From Marsupella aquatica (taxonomy: Eukaryota > Plantae > Marchantiophyta), in contig OZ316897.1 in NCBI GenBank assembly GCA_973895155.1, forward strand, positions 3,380,211-3,444,210: 64,000 nucleotides of DNA, in the 5' to 3' direction. Every line of letters starts with the position of its first letter. Within the stretch, counting starts at the first letter, position 1. Positions 37,569 to 51,000 of the stretch are shown here, piece after piece. The position numbers and the translations under genes were made by a program. The notes under the pieces were generated by a model that made no database searches, was not told where the DNA came from, and saw only the letters and a list, made by a program, of their open reading frames with translations.

Positions 37569-38359
37569 CTAGAAAGCTCAAAAACTCAAAAGCTATCTCA
37601 CCCTATATTTGATCACTTAACTGGCCAACTCACCTCCTATTGGATAGCTCTATTGATCAATTCAAATGTCCAAGAAGTGCAAGAATATCAAAATAAAGCT
37701 ATCATGGACAACTAGATTTGCCAAAATGCTCCCATGGATTCTTGCAAACTTGGATGGACTGCATCTTATTCACAATGTCACATGTAATATTCTTAATTAA
37801 TCCTGGTTTGCATTCCTTCTATCTGGGGGTCTATGGGAGCATCATAGTCACAAGAAGACACTACCAATCCCTGTTGTGTGTTATTATTGCTATATTCATC
37901 CTTGAGACACTACCAATCCCTGTTGTGTGATATTGTTGCATTTATTCATCAGTTGCAAAATTGCAATGTTAGAGAAGAGTGCATAATTTCTATATGGATT
38001 GCAGGATTGTCAATATGTAACCATTTTTAAAGGTACTTGCTATTCCCATAATCTCTTTCCTGAAAGTAATGTTTTTAACAATAATCTCACACTATAATGG
38101 AGGTTGAGAAGAGGTTCTAGTCTGACTATGCTTCAAGAAACTATGATTCAAGAAGCCGAGAAAAGCATCCAGTCAGGTTTTCCTCTCTTTTTGGTCAATG
38201 TTTCAAGAAAATTCAGAAAAGCTGTCCATTCACCCACGGTCAGGTTTCCTCACTTTTTAGCCACAAGACCAAACCTCCATAAACCTAGACAAGAACGAGA
38301 GCGGGTTGAGGGGAGCGATAATTAACCCAATCCTTACACTTACGGAGGGCTTATTATTA

Positions 38360-38760
38360 GTTAGGGTGGGGCCCCACCGTCCCCGTGAAAAACCCTCCGC
38401 GAATGGCGACCTCGTAAAACAGCCAGGACCAATCTCACTATCTGAGGTTCATCGGCTGTCACAAGACCGGGAGCAGCGCTCGGTAGTCGGTACCGTGGAA
38501 CTAGGAAGTGAACGCCCGCGCCTGACCAGACCGGACCTAATCAGGCCCAGTTTAGTAGTTTACCGTACCTCTACGTACCTCGCGCTTTCTTTCTTCCAGA
38601 GAACCGGTCACGGTGGGCCCCACAGGCCAAAGCGCCCTGGCGCCTGGGTCTGATACTGTATTATTGTATTATTATTTGTCGATGCCTACCCGGGATTTAC
38701 CCGGGTCGGGGGGGCGTGTGAGTCATCCCCGTCCGCGTCCCGTGCCGCCTCCCACTCCCG
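38360..38760 (+). promoter_or_regulatory. Probable promoter of the LRR-RLK with TCP site-II-like palindromes
   Basis: GTGGGGCCCCAC (~38367), AGGCCCA (~38543) and GTGGGCCCCAC (~38613) in a CpG-rich stretch, followed by a CT-rich leader start at ~38770. Confidence 0.45.
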
Positions 38761-40765
38761 CGGCCCGCTCCTCAATCCCTCTCGTTCCCTCTCGTTCTCG
38801 CTCGTGCTGCACTACTCGTGTGTTTCCTGTTCCGTTTCTCTCACAATTGAACGCTTTGAGACGAAACGAAATATGAACAGTAGGAGTAGAGTGGTGCAAT
38901 AGCTCTCGTTCTGGCTCGTGCTGCAGGTGGTGGTTTGCCTGCTTTCTTGTTTCCTCGAAAATGAACTTCATGCTTCAAGAGATGAACAGTGGGGCTATCG
39001 CTCTCGTTCTCGTTCTCGCTCGTGCTGCAGGTTGTTTGCTGCTCTGATCAGAATGAGTGCGTTTGGCTGCTTCCTTGTTTGTTTCCTCGAAATTCAACTG
39101 CATACTTCGAAAGATGAACAGTGATGTAGTAATGCAGAGGGAGGGAGCCAGAGAGGGTGGTCCGCATGGGGGACGGAACCTTTGGGAATGAGGCAGGCAA
39201 GCGGTGAGTTTGCCTGCCTTCTTGTCGGAGCGAGCTCCAACGTTGTTGTTGTTTGATCGCATGCATTCTCTCGAGCTCTCGATGCTGTTCGAGGCGCTGC
39301 TTGGTTTCCCTGACATTCGATCGTCGGTGCCCGGGAGACGTGGGGATCACGCGAGCAGGGCAGCTCTAGATAGTGTCGTAGGCTCTACTTCCTTTCTGAT
39401 GGTACCCCGCAGACACGGATGATGGAGCGTTATGCTCTGTCTAGCTGAGCTCCCAGGCCCCGCCGTAGCTTACTGCTGCTCCTGCGGCTCACACTGGAGT
39501 AAATTTTGCGCCAGAGGCTAAACAATACTTTTGTGTTCCGTTCGAGAGCATAGCACGCGCAGGTGCTGATATTCTGGAATCCAAGTTCATTTACTTGGCG
39601 AGGACCGCAGCGACCTTTATTCCCTTGAGCAGCAGCTTTAGATACTAGTGTCCCAGGCTTTCCTTCCTTTCTTCGCATCAGAACTCCGTCGTCGCTCTGC
39701 ATGGAGAAATGGAGCTCAGCAGCGCGCGGACAGGGGTGATGAAGCAGTGGGATAAATCTCTCGTCAGCTCCTTCCTGGCACCTGTTCTCCTGCGGCTGTC
39801 TATGTTCTCAAACGCGGGTCCCATCATCCGCCAGGCTAAATAAAATTCTGCATTCGTTCGATAGGAGGGGTTGGCTGTCTTTACGCTAACGTTCACTCTT
39901 CTACCTGGGAAAAATAAAGTGTACTTTTCGTTTGGAAGCAGAAACTCGGCTGCCTGTATTCTTGAAGAGTGCATCTCGAGGTCGTTCATCCGTGTGGGCA
40001 AGTTTTTTTCCCTGCAATTCGTTTGAAGCATGTAAGTCGGCTGCTGATATCCTTGAACAGCCTGGATCTCAAGTTCGTTGATCCGGCGGGGTGTTTTTTT
40101 CGTTTGTTTCGCTTGGAAGCATGCGAGCCGATTCGAGTTGCATGGTGCGCCAATGCTCGGCAAGTATCTGTGCTCCTGCCTTGCACTACTGGTCGTCCAA
40201 TGAAGTTCGACCCGCAGTAGCATGTTTCTTCGTTTTTCTTTCTATTCTTGAGATGCCAATGGTGTCGTTAGTTCGGCTTTCCTGGCGTCATCGTTGCCTT
40301 CGCTAAATTTTTCATGACGCGAAGCAGCAATATTTGGATACTCGCGCTAGCTCTTCGGCCTGCATTCTCTCAATGCTGTGAAGGTGCCGCATTGCGAATT
40401 GGCTCCAATAAAGTGTCGCGTATTTCTCCTTTCGAGCGTGAGCTTCTTACTGGAAGTTCTTGTTCTTCTTCTCCTGGAGCATTTCCAGAAGCTCTCCTGG
40501 TAGCCCTCGTTATTTCGACCTGCTCCAAAGCTCCTCTGTGGTGCAGTAAGGGGTCACATTCCATGCTGCGTTATTCTCTCAGTCGAGCCGGAGATGATGG
40601 GGCGCGGTGGAAGAAAGGCCCGCGCACAGAAGGCTGGGTGTAAAAGAAGAGTTGAGAAGAGGTGATGGTCAGGTGAAGAACATGGACGAGCATTGGCGTC
40701 AGACGCGAGGCGCCTCACCGGTGGAGGAGAGACAGAGGAGGGTGGGTAAAGAATCAGAGGTGAAA

Positions 40766-43700
40766 ATGAGAATGATGACGAATTCGTGGAAGTTTCTCTT
40801 GTTCGTCATTTCGGGTGTAACCCTGTTGATGCCGATGGCTGCGACGACCACCAACGAGACGATTTTAGATGTCAACGCCTTGTTGGATTTCCGGAGCAAA
40901 ATCGAGGATCCCGGGGGAAAATTGAGCAGTTGGAGTGCCAGTACTTCACCCTGCGGCTGGGCTGGAGTGGTCTGCAACGTGGTGGGTAATGTGGTCTATC
41001 TTCAACTCAGCAATCTTGGTTTGAGAGGTACAATCTCCCCCTCTATTGGCAATATCACACGCTTAACGGAGCTCGACCTTTCCAACAACTTTTTCAGCGG
41101 ACCAATACCAGATTCTCTCAGCAACCTTATGCACCTGGCAAACTTTACTGTTGTCAACAACTCTCTCAGTAACACCATCCCGGATTCTCTTGGTAGCTCG
41201 GGAAGTCTTATGCACTTAGATCTGTCGTTAAATTTGTTGTCGGGAAGTATTCCTTCAGCAATCTGTCAATCCACTGGTCTCAACGTTATTTCATTGACAA
41301 ACAATACGTTGATAGGCAGTATATCTCCGAATATTAGCTATTGTCAGTCTCTTCAGAGATTATTCCTCGGTAGCAATTCACTGACTGGGAAGATTCCTGA
41401 TGAAATTGGACAGCTCGCAAGCCTCGTCAGTCTAGACTTGTCCAGCAACAACCTTGGAGGATATATTCCCGCTACGTTCAGCCAAAGCACTCTGACGTAC
41501 TTAAGCCTAGCAGGCAACGAGTTACAAGGCGTAATTCCATCCCAGCTCGGCAATATTGGAGGTCTCAGGAGGCTGCTACTGAATAATAACAAGCTTGTTG
41601 GCCCCATTCCTCCTTCTCTGGGCAACATAACTAATCTCGAAGTTCTTGACCTTAGTGAGAATGAGTTATCGGAGCAGATTCCACCTGATCTTGGGAACCT
41701 ATCTATGTTGACGACTCTCTCGTTGAGGGCAAATCGCCTCTCCGGCAGTATTCCATCGGCTCTTCAAGGCTGCTTGTCGTTGCTTGATCTTGAACTGGCG
41801 GAGAATAACCTGACGGGAGATATTCCACCAGAGATCGGTGGCATTTCTCGTCTCACATACGGCCTTAACCTCAGCTTCAACAGATTGAATGGGTCCATAC
41901 CACAGGAGCTTGGCCAGCTACAGAATCTAGTTGCGCTTGACCTCTCTTACAACCAACTCGAGGGGCATATTCCCTCAACATTGGGCAACATGCGAAGTCT
42001 CATTTTCGTCAACCTCGCGTACAACGAATTGACCGGGAGCTTGCCCAGTTTTCGGCAGGGCACAGTAAACGCAACCGACTTCGAAAGCAACGCGGGCCTC
42101 TGCGGTTCGCCCCTGCCACCCTGCGACCAGTCAGGAAATCCGATCGTAGGCCGCAACAAAGTCCACATCTGGGTGCCTATAGTATCTGGAACAGGTGCGG
42201 TTTTGATATTCTTGGTCATCGGCATTGCCGCATTTTTCTACTGGAGATTGCAGTGTGGCTACGCTCCAACAGAAACTGAACCCAAGCCTCCTTACGCCGA
42301 GGGATGTCTGTTCGTCGACGACGAGAAACCTCTTGCATTCAGTTTTGAGGAGGTTGTGGACGCCACGCAGCTCATTTCTGTTGCTGCACCGGTTGGGAAA
42401 GGGCGGTACAGCACCGTCTACGGAGTGGTCATGCACAGTGGCCAACAAATTGCTGTGAAGAAGCTGAAAATTGACACGGAAAACTCATCTTTGACCCGGA
42501 GGATTACCTCCGAGCTTCACAAAATCGACAAGATGCGGCACCCGAACCTTCTGAGACTGCTGGGTTACGTTTTACAAGGTGACTCGTTGCTTCTCCTTTA
42601 TCATTTTTGCCCCAACGGCAGTCTCGGGGAGTGGCTGCACAGAAAGCCAGAGTCTGTCCTCGAGTGGAGCACCAGGTACAATATTGCCTTAGGAGCGGCT
42701 CAGGGCCTTGCGTTCTTGCACAACAACGTGCATCCACCCTTCATGCATCGGGATGTGAACAGCAACAACATCCTTTTGGATGCTTCTTTCGAACCGTTGC
42801 TGGGGGATGTGGGATTGGCGAAACTATACGATCCATCGAAGGAGACGGAGAGCATGACTGCTGTCGCTGGCTCCTTCGGCTACATTCCTCCAGGTAAATA
42901 TCTCCCTGGAATCCTAATGAATTTTTTCCTGCTAGATTTCAGACTTCTACGATTTTCGTCGTCGAATGTCTTTTGCAGGTGCTTCTACTGTAATCATCAC
43001 AACAATCCCCAAATCGAGCCTGCGAAAGCGATCTCAGTAGTGTATATCTGTGTCTTCTGCTCGGACCTTTTTTGTCCTCGATGGAGTAAATCGTTCGGGG
43101 TGTAGGAGTCATGCAACCTGCATTGCTCCAAAATCAGCACTCCTACGCTCTCCACGTTTTGTAATATCTTCTTTTCAAGGATCCAACCTCATTCTGACAA
43201 CTTACTATTCCTGGAAATATGTTTTCTCTACATAATCAGATGATCAACAGAATATCCAAAAAAATTGCATACATGTCTGAGGAGTGAGGTTTTTCCGTAT
43301 GCAAGCGAGGCGGCACTTTCTGTGTTTATCGAGCCTTCCCGCGTTTTGTTCTAGTGGTGTACCAACTCTCCTTGAAACTTTCGCCGGATCAGCAGGATTT
43401 TGATTGCAAACCGAGAGTTTTGAATCCAGCGTTGAGTTTTCTGAGAAGAATAAAGCGTATACCAACTATTTCGTTTGGCTCACCTCTGCAGAGTATGCTT
43501 ACACCATGCGAGTAACGGAGAAAAGCAACGTTTACAGCTTTGGCGTGGTACTGTTGGAGATGCTATCAGGCAAGCAACCAGTGGACCCGAGTTTTGGAGA
43601 AGGTTGTGATTTAGTGTCGTGGGTACACACCGCCTCTCAAAGAAAAGAGACACCCGAGCAACTTCTTGATGCTACAGTTTCGACTGCGTCATTTCCTGTG

Positions 43701-43856
43701 CGCCAGGAAATGCTGAGAGTCCTCAACATTGCTAAGCTCTGCACGAGCACTTTACCCGCAGAACGGCCAAGAATGAAGGTCGTGGTCGAATTGCTTCAAA
43801 AATCGAAAGCAGTAGATGTGCTGCCCTTATCAATAGAAAGCGCAGAAGCGATGTAA
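40766..43856 (+). CDS. PXC3: LRR receptor-like kinase, PXC3/At2g41820-like, ~830 aa
   Basis: Exons 40766-42893 and 43492-43856 (intron in GYIPP|EYAY). Signal peptide, LRRNT (CGWAGVVC), about 15 LRRs, NAGLCGSPL cap, TM helix and kinase domain. The C-terminus GEGCDLVSWVHTASQRKETPEQLLDATVSTASF resembles my recollection of the At2g41820 clade. An in-frame ATG at 40682 is an alternative start. Confidence 0.88.
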
Positions 43857-44638
43857 TCTCTGCACAATATGGCAATGCTGTTGGCACGTCCAGTTTGTCC
43901 ACCGAGCGGACAGCGCAGCTCCAGGTCTCTATCCTTTCCTTACGGGTGGAAAAGCTCCTGCTCCCGCCAATTTTTCTGAGGATGGAAACTGGGAAAGTTC
44001 CTCGGGATACCGTAAATGTTCGGAACCACCATCCATTGGAGTCGAAGCATTTCTGCTGCCGTGTCTCCTCCCCCAGCATAGAAACCATTGCCTGATTAAG
44101 AGAATTGCCTTATTTTAGGTAAGGTGTAGATGTTTTGAATCGAAGCCGAGAGGAACAGTGGAGGACATTGCAGTGTCAACCAGGTGTAACATTGGATTTT
44201 TCGACTTGTTGGTCAAACTGAGTCCATCTTGAAAATACTGAGTGGAAGCATGCGTACTTTGGCAGAGATCCACATTGTCTGCTGGACGATCGATCTTCAA
44301 TCCATGGAACTCGAAACTGGATTTTGCTATGGTCTTTGTACGGTCCTAAACCAAAACAAACCACCAAGACATGCAATTCCCGAGTACCAGGTGTTCTTCT
44401 CTGCACAGCATCTAAACAATGCTAAGAAAAATACGTGAGTCCTTAGTACCAGGTGCGGTCGTCTAGCCAGCATCTTGTTGACGGTGGGATACACCTCTGC
44501 CCATCCTTAGCAAGCAATCGGTGCCTTTTAACAAACCGGATTGTTCAAGTCCGAGATGGATGACTCCGTCCTGTGGTAAACCCTATAGTCTCGCGAGACA
44601 GACGAACAAAATGCTTCCGCTCAATATTGTGACACTTT

Positions 44639-44653
44639 CCCTAAACCCTAAAC
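44639..44653 (+). repeat. Short interstitial telomeric motif (CCCTAAA)2C
   Basis: CCCTAAACCCTAAAC between the convergent 3' ends of the RLK and TOP6B. Confidence 0.6.
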
Positions 44654-45029
44654 ATCGGACAGATGCCGTTTTAGCGTATTTTTTTATATAAAATTTCTTC
44701 TTCAGAACGAATGCCCAGAATAATATCCTCCGTGAACGCCAGCAAAGGTGATTGATGAAAGATCATCCAAATTCGCTCTGGAAACTGACCGACAGTTTCC
44801 ATTGAACTGAGTATACATCCGCACAGTAGCCCTTATCGAACAACCCACTGTGTCGCTTAAGGCACATACTGACGAAGCCTGCCAAAGACGAGGGCGTGAA
44901 CAAGTGGTGACATCTAGAGATAGCCACATCCCCGGAATGCCAACGGGATTACCAATTTGCAAAATAATGCACAGCCTCCTCAATGCCACCCTGCCCAAAT
45001 GGCTCACTGGAATTACTGTGTAAAATAAA

Positions 45030-48000
45030 CTAGAAGCCAGAAAACAGTTTGATCACACAGACAGGACTGTGTAGTTCTATTGCAACTGATCTCATAGGAT
45101 CTGAAGTTCTAAGATAAATCCCTTCTCGAGCCGTATCAACCATTCCAGTTTGGATTGCATATTCAAGTGCCATCTCTGCATCCACCTGGCAACCACAACA
45201 GATTGACTAATCAAGGTTAAGGTAAGGTTCGAAACTGCACCTCTACTTCACAATTCACCTACCACTCGAGAATTGCAAGAACTCAAGGTATGACAAGAAA
45301 TTCCAAGAGTTGCTAGACTCGGATTGCACAATCATGCAAAGGAACTTTTCCATTTGCTGTCCAAAACCAACACTACGTTAATTGGCCACAGAAAACCTAC
45401 ATGGAATGCAAACAACAACGGATGAAAAACTGTGTATGAAAAGAAGTTTACCTGCTCCACATGCTGCGTAAGTTTTTGCTTCAAAGTGCCCTCTGTGATT
45501 TCCTCTCGGACTACTTTGTGAAGCATATCTTGGTACTCATCTCCATACCGAGCCCTCTTACTTTTTGGACCCTCTGATATGATCGAAAGGACATCATATA
45601 TTGCCCGGGAAACGTCTGGGATATACCTGGACACAATTACTAGCTGTAGTCAGTTTTCTCGAAGACCTTGCAGCAAAACTTGAACGAAGGCTAAGAGCTA
45701 GACAATCTTCTCGAAACCCTCTTGACTTGTGTGTCTCCGAAGAGAGATTGTCAAGCTTTGCTCCCAAGTCTCATGTGGAACCCTTCTGACTTCCAGTTTA
45801 TTAGATCACTCATCAAGGCTTAGGGTGCCTCAATCTGGCCATTACCATGCATAATAGGGTTGTATTAGCTCGTATTGATATGAAAGGTGACAACTTACTT
45901 GGCAAGACTACGCTTCCGCAATTGGCGATCACGGGCTTGCTGTTGACGAACAATTTTGGCTTTGAGCTGTATACAGCATTGCTGAAGGGCAGACTGCACG
46001 CCCAACCAACCGAGAATGCTTCATAAGCGGTCACCTTTCACATTGCCACATAATCAGATGAAATGAACGGTGGACGAGAGGTGATAATATTTGAACACAG
46101 AAGACAACGACAATGGTGCAAGGAACAAACCTTCACTGCGGAGGCCATTTCTGTGACATCGTCTCCAATATACTCTTTCCCTGTACCCTTGAAGGGAATC
46201 TTGGTGCTAACAATACTTACAAACACACCAACTTTTTCTTGTATGTGATTAATTTTGTAGCTGCTCCAGCTGCCACAATACATGAAGCAAGACTTTGTAT
46301 GAAAGAGCTAATAGTAGCAGGACCACATGCATCTAGAAGCTTAAATTCTAATTAGTTGTTGAATTGAAGAGGAAACTACAGTGGAATCACGATAAAGGAG
46401 AGTAGACATTTTATCACGATGAAGCGACTTCTTGGGGTTCTTGACATCCCGGCTTGCCCTACAGTATAGTGAAATTTCAAAAGGAGGACCGACTTATTCC
46501 TGCAGTGTGATCAATGTAAATTTTTATAACTAACTTGCAAAGAAACTTACTTGATGCGTTTCATAGCAGTTCTTGTGGCCACATCACCTCCAGCTTCAAA
46601 CAGCAAAGGAATTCGGTTGGCAAATCGGAACACATTAACACCCTGCTCAATGAAATACTAGTCAGAGACAGCCTTGCTTGGCTATTCATTGACCAGATTC
46701 TGGGAGCCTAACACTTCCTACCTTCACATCTCTAAGGTTCTGGGAAGAGTATCTGAGACAAATTATACAAAGACTTGATGGTAAAGTAACGAAGAATTCG
46801 CCTTCACTGGTCAGTTCTACAAGGAATCGCGACATATAAGCATTGCCAGTTGACTCTTAAGGCATCAACTTTTCTGTACATCAACTGCCATACAATAGTG
46901 AGCAGTTACATCGTTGGGCAACATAGGAGCAATTGCACTTGTCATTCACATATCCGGCTGATGAGTATCAGGGAGTCTGTTAAAACATACCGGCTTCACA
47001 TCTTTTCCACCCAAGCTGACTCCAGCTTCCACAAGGAATGGGTGCCCTTCAAAGACTTGCGTACTGCCCAGCATAAAAGAACAGAACCCTAAAATTACTC
47101 AAGGATGCGAAATATCTTACATATAATCTTTCAAGCTAACCGCAGTTGAGACTTAGTTCAAAGCAACTCAGACGCTTGCTACCTACAAATGTAAACCCCA
47201 CGGTTTGGTGGTAAAAATCATGAAAAACAATCACATGCAAAGCTCATATTTTTCGTAGTGTCAAGCAGCCAATCTCTAGTGTCCAATTAGCAAAAGGAGA
47301 CAACTTTTGGTCACTGGATAGACCTGACCGGCCACTTTCACAGTCCTCCAAGCCAGGAAATAATTAAACTTTTGACTCATTGTCTAGCAACTCTAGATCG
47401 CCGTTGGCTCCGTAGACAGTAGCCGCTCAATTTCACAGATACCAAAGAAAATCACCTGCCCTCATAGGTTGCCACCATGTCTGGATGTAACTCCTTCATG
47501 ATACCAAGCCGAAGATTGTACTCTCCGGCCGGACTCAGGCACTGCAACATTTGGTAGAGCTTCAGTCAGAACACTGAAATGCCAGGGCGGTATCTTATCT
47601 TATCTTAGGATATATCAACATAGCAGTAGAGAATAGTGTAACTGCTCGAATTTGAGAAACTGGATGCGAGTGCTTGAATGGTTATCCCCAGCAGAAATCG
47701 AAGTTGTAAACAATGACATAAACCCAAACCCCAACAGTCAAATGAAAGGTCAACTCTCTAGATACTATGCTCACTTGCAGCGAAACATTTTCGTCAAAAA
47801 TCTCAAATTACTTACATCACCACTGGGATCTTCAAACTTCGCTTGGCGAAATAGCTGCTGAATGGAAAGAATTTGCTGAGGTGTGAGAGACTTCACTGAC
47901 ATTTTTGGTGAGAATTCTGGGCCCAACTCGTCTGTACACGGATACACTATAATTAGATCTCCAATGCACAGAGAGTTGTAGTAATTCTTCCAGTGAAGCC

Positions 48001-51000
48001 TGAAGTTCCACGGCACAGAAGATCCTGTAAAAAAAACCAGACTACGTACATACCAATTAGCCGTTTTGCCAGAGCCTTGCTAATGCCAACGAACTCTTGC
48101 TCAAGGAATTGGTCAAATCTAGGTTTTATCGTTTCCGCAATCAATCGTTTGATGAGCAGCAAGTCGACAGCTGAAGGATGGAATTTGGTTTCCAGAGGAG
48201 CTGCAGGCATGACATTTGTTCTTCGAGCAAATCGTATGGTGACGTTCTTGCTGGATGAGGAAAGGGGAAACATTAGGGGCCACAACAGTGCGGATAAACT
48301 GTTCTACCAACCTATCAAAAATTAGTTTGAGTCAATCATTCCAGCGAAACACCCTAACAAAATTGGGCTCACTCTGATGTTGGCGCAATGTAACGGAAAA
48401 CGAACTGAGCATAAGGTGTGATAACCGCCATCTGCCGCATATAATTGATGATTTTGGACTGCTCAGACGCCCGTGTTCATGGATTGACAGACATCCCAGT
48501 AAGATCAGATAATGGAGAATTGTCACTGATTCCCTGATCAAAATTTATGAGAGAACATGTTGCAACTCAATATCAGCATATCTTAACTTTCCACAGTATG
48601 AACAAATATGGAAGATTGAAAGTCTCATAGCTTCAAAGCCAACTCCAAGTTTTTTGCCAGAGCCCAGCGCTAATGTACCTCACAATTACTTCAGACTCTC
48701 AAGCCATCTGCAGAGGAAACGGTGCACATTTCTAACGGCTAAAAGCATCTCAAAGCGGCAGTTCAACGCTGAAATGAACTCACACGGTAGGTGGTCCAGT
48801 TGCCTGCAATAGTGACTTGCAGCTCTGCACCGCGCCAACCATCGGGATTTGGCCGCTTCTCATGTTTATGGACGTTGGGAATATTCCTTCGAAAGGCAGG
48901 GCAAGAAAAAATTAGACACTCTCATGAATATTTTGAAAGGAAATATGCTCTTTCTGAATACAAAGAAATGCATACTTTTAAAAAATACTCACTTATTGAT
49001 GTCAATATCTAGATGACAATATGATACAAAATTCTGGCCCTTTGTGGCACTCCAGATATCAATAGGTTGGCCCGTACTCATCTTGGACCAAATTAGGGCC
49101 TGCAATCACAGGCAATGTTTGATGACCCAAAATGTGATACATTCTTCGAGACAGTCCAACTTTCTTTTGTTGCAACTCGTATGAATTCAAAACTTCAGGA
49201 CACCAACGTGATACTTCTAAGGTTTGTGGTAAGCTGTTAACGTGAGCGCCAAATATGAGTAGAAGCCAATCCGAGACAATTTTCGGGCTCAGGTTCACAA
49301 ACAAGACAACTCTCACAGGAGAGAAAATTAAACTACATCAGCTGAATTGTAGAACATGACGTTTTCGACCATTTCTACAAGACAGCTACAGAAGTCACAT
49401 CTATCAAGACCTCCAATAAGCCAGCGAATGAAAACTTTGGAGCTATATTATACTAACTAATATCTTACCATCTTGGCGCCCAATCCAAATTTTCCCCGAG
49501 TCTGTTTCAGACCGTACTTTGTTCCAGATAACACTGCATCATCCAACCCGTCGCCAACACATTAATCCTTGGACACCTCTCTAACCGATGGGCGATCAAT
49601 TACTGCCTAGTTTAGAAGCCAGGGATAACTCACTGAGATTTACAAATAATTTCTACAAGAAACTAACCTCGACCAAGCATATTTGGAATGTCATCGTGCG
49701 GCATACCTTTGCCATTGTCCTGCATGACCGAATACATACACATGGTTTCTAGACGGCAATAAAGTCATGATGTAATAAAAAGAATAGTATCCTCAAAACC
49801 TACCATCTTTCAAAAGAAGCAGGGCATGCATCCAAAGTAAGAGAAAGCAGTTACAATACGCACCTTGCAGGTGACCTTGAAAACAGGTGTATCACGCCCT
49901 TTCTTGAATTCAAGACCCTCTTTAATTTTCTTTCCTGCCGCGATAGCTTTAGCCTGCTTTTCTTGATCTTTGGCCTCCTTTGCCAAACGTTTCTACAGTA
50001 CACAAGCCAACCACAATATGAATCATAACCTTACTGGTCGATCAAAAAATAGCTAACTCTGCTCAAACATCAAGGTAAGCCGTCCTACGCAAATAAGGGT
50101 TTGTAAAAATTCAGTCTAATATTGTTTTCTTTGTTGATCTGCCGTCGATTTCTATTTCAAAACTCAGCTGAAACTTACGCGCATCAACGTCATGGCACAC
50201 AGTTATCGTTCCTGATAGGCTCATTACACGATTTTCTCGAGATCGACAGGACAAGATTGGCAGTCAACAGAGACCAATGGTGTAAGATACCTCTTTTGCT
50301 TTCTCAGTTTCGTAGTCATCATACAGCTTTTCATCTTTACGCTCCAACGCTTTGATCCCAAAGACTTCATCGGCTTTGGCTTTGGTATACTCTTCGCTAA
50401 CACAATCGACACGGATTTGAAGGATTGTCAGCGGCTTTCACTAATAACAATGTCCAACAGGATCTGCAAAGTTTACTTTAGAAAACTGCGCCAAAACGTG
50501 GTCCTTGCTACCAGCAGCTTGCAGCCACTGGAGGAACACAAAGTCAGTTCCTCCAAGAGGAAAGCAGCACATAGCTAATGATCCATAAATAATGCTGTTG
50601 ATAAAATGAGCAGCCGAGAGGATCAGAAGCCACCACAGTCATATCAAGCTTCGATAATTATGGAGCGTTGGTGCATAAAACGGAAATTAAAGATATTGCT
50701 GAAAATGCAGAGCACTCAGTTCAGACATGCTTTCGACATGTGAAGTGCGACACGGAAATCACAGGATGATCGATACGATCTAGGCACCATGCTCAAAACT
50801 TAAGATGCAGTCCTTTAAGGAACAATTTTATATCAATTCTACAAACTAGTTGCAGAAAAAGTAGCACATACAGAATTCTGCAGGAACAGCAGCTCAAGGA
50901 AAACGTTGTTCCTCACATTGTGACTTCAATAGCGGGTAGCTCAGCAATACTTTCTGCCGAATCGAGAGCATTCTCCACCAGTTCACGTACCGTGGTGTAA

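Noticed and set aside
42894-43105. ORF-track C-terminus of the 832-aa RLK
   Set aside because: Read-through into the intron. The kinase continues in exon 2 at 43492.
44600-44700. Telomerase RNA template candidate (CCCTAAACCCTAAAC followed by a T-run)
   Set aside because: The T-run follows only ~25 nt after the motif, leaving no room for a pseudoknot and stem domains. No USE/TATA Pol III promoter is visible.
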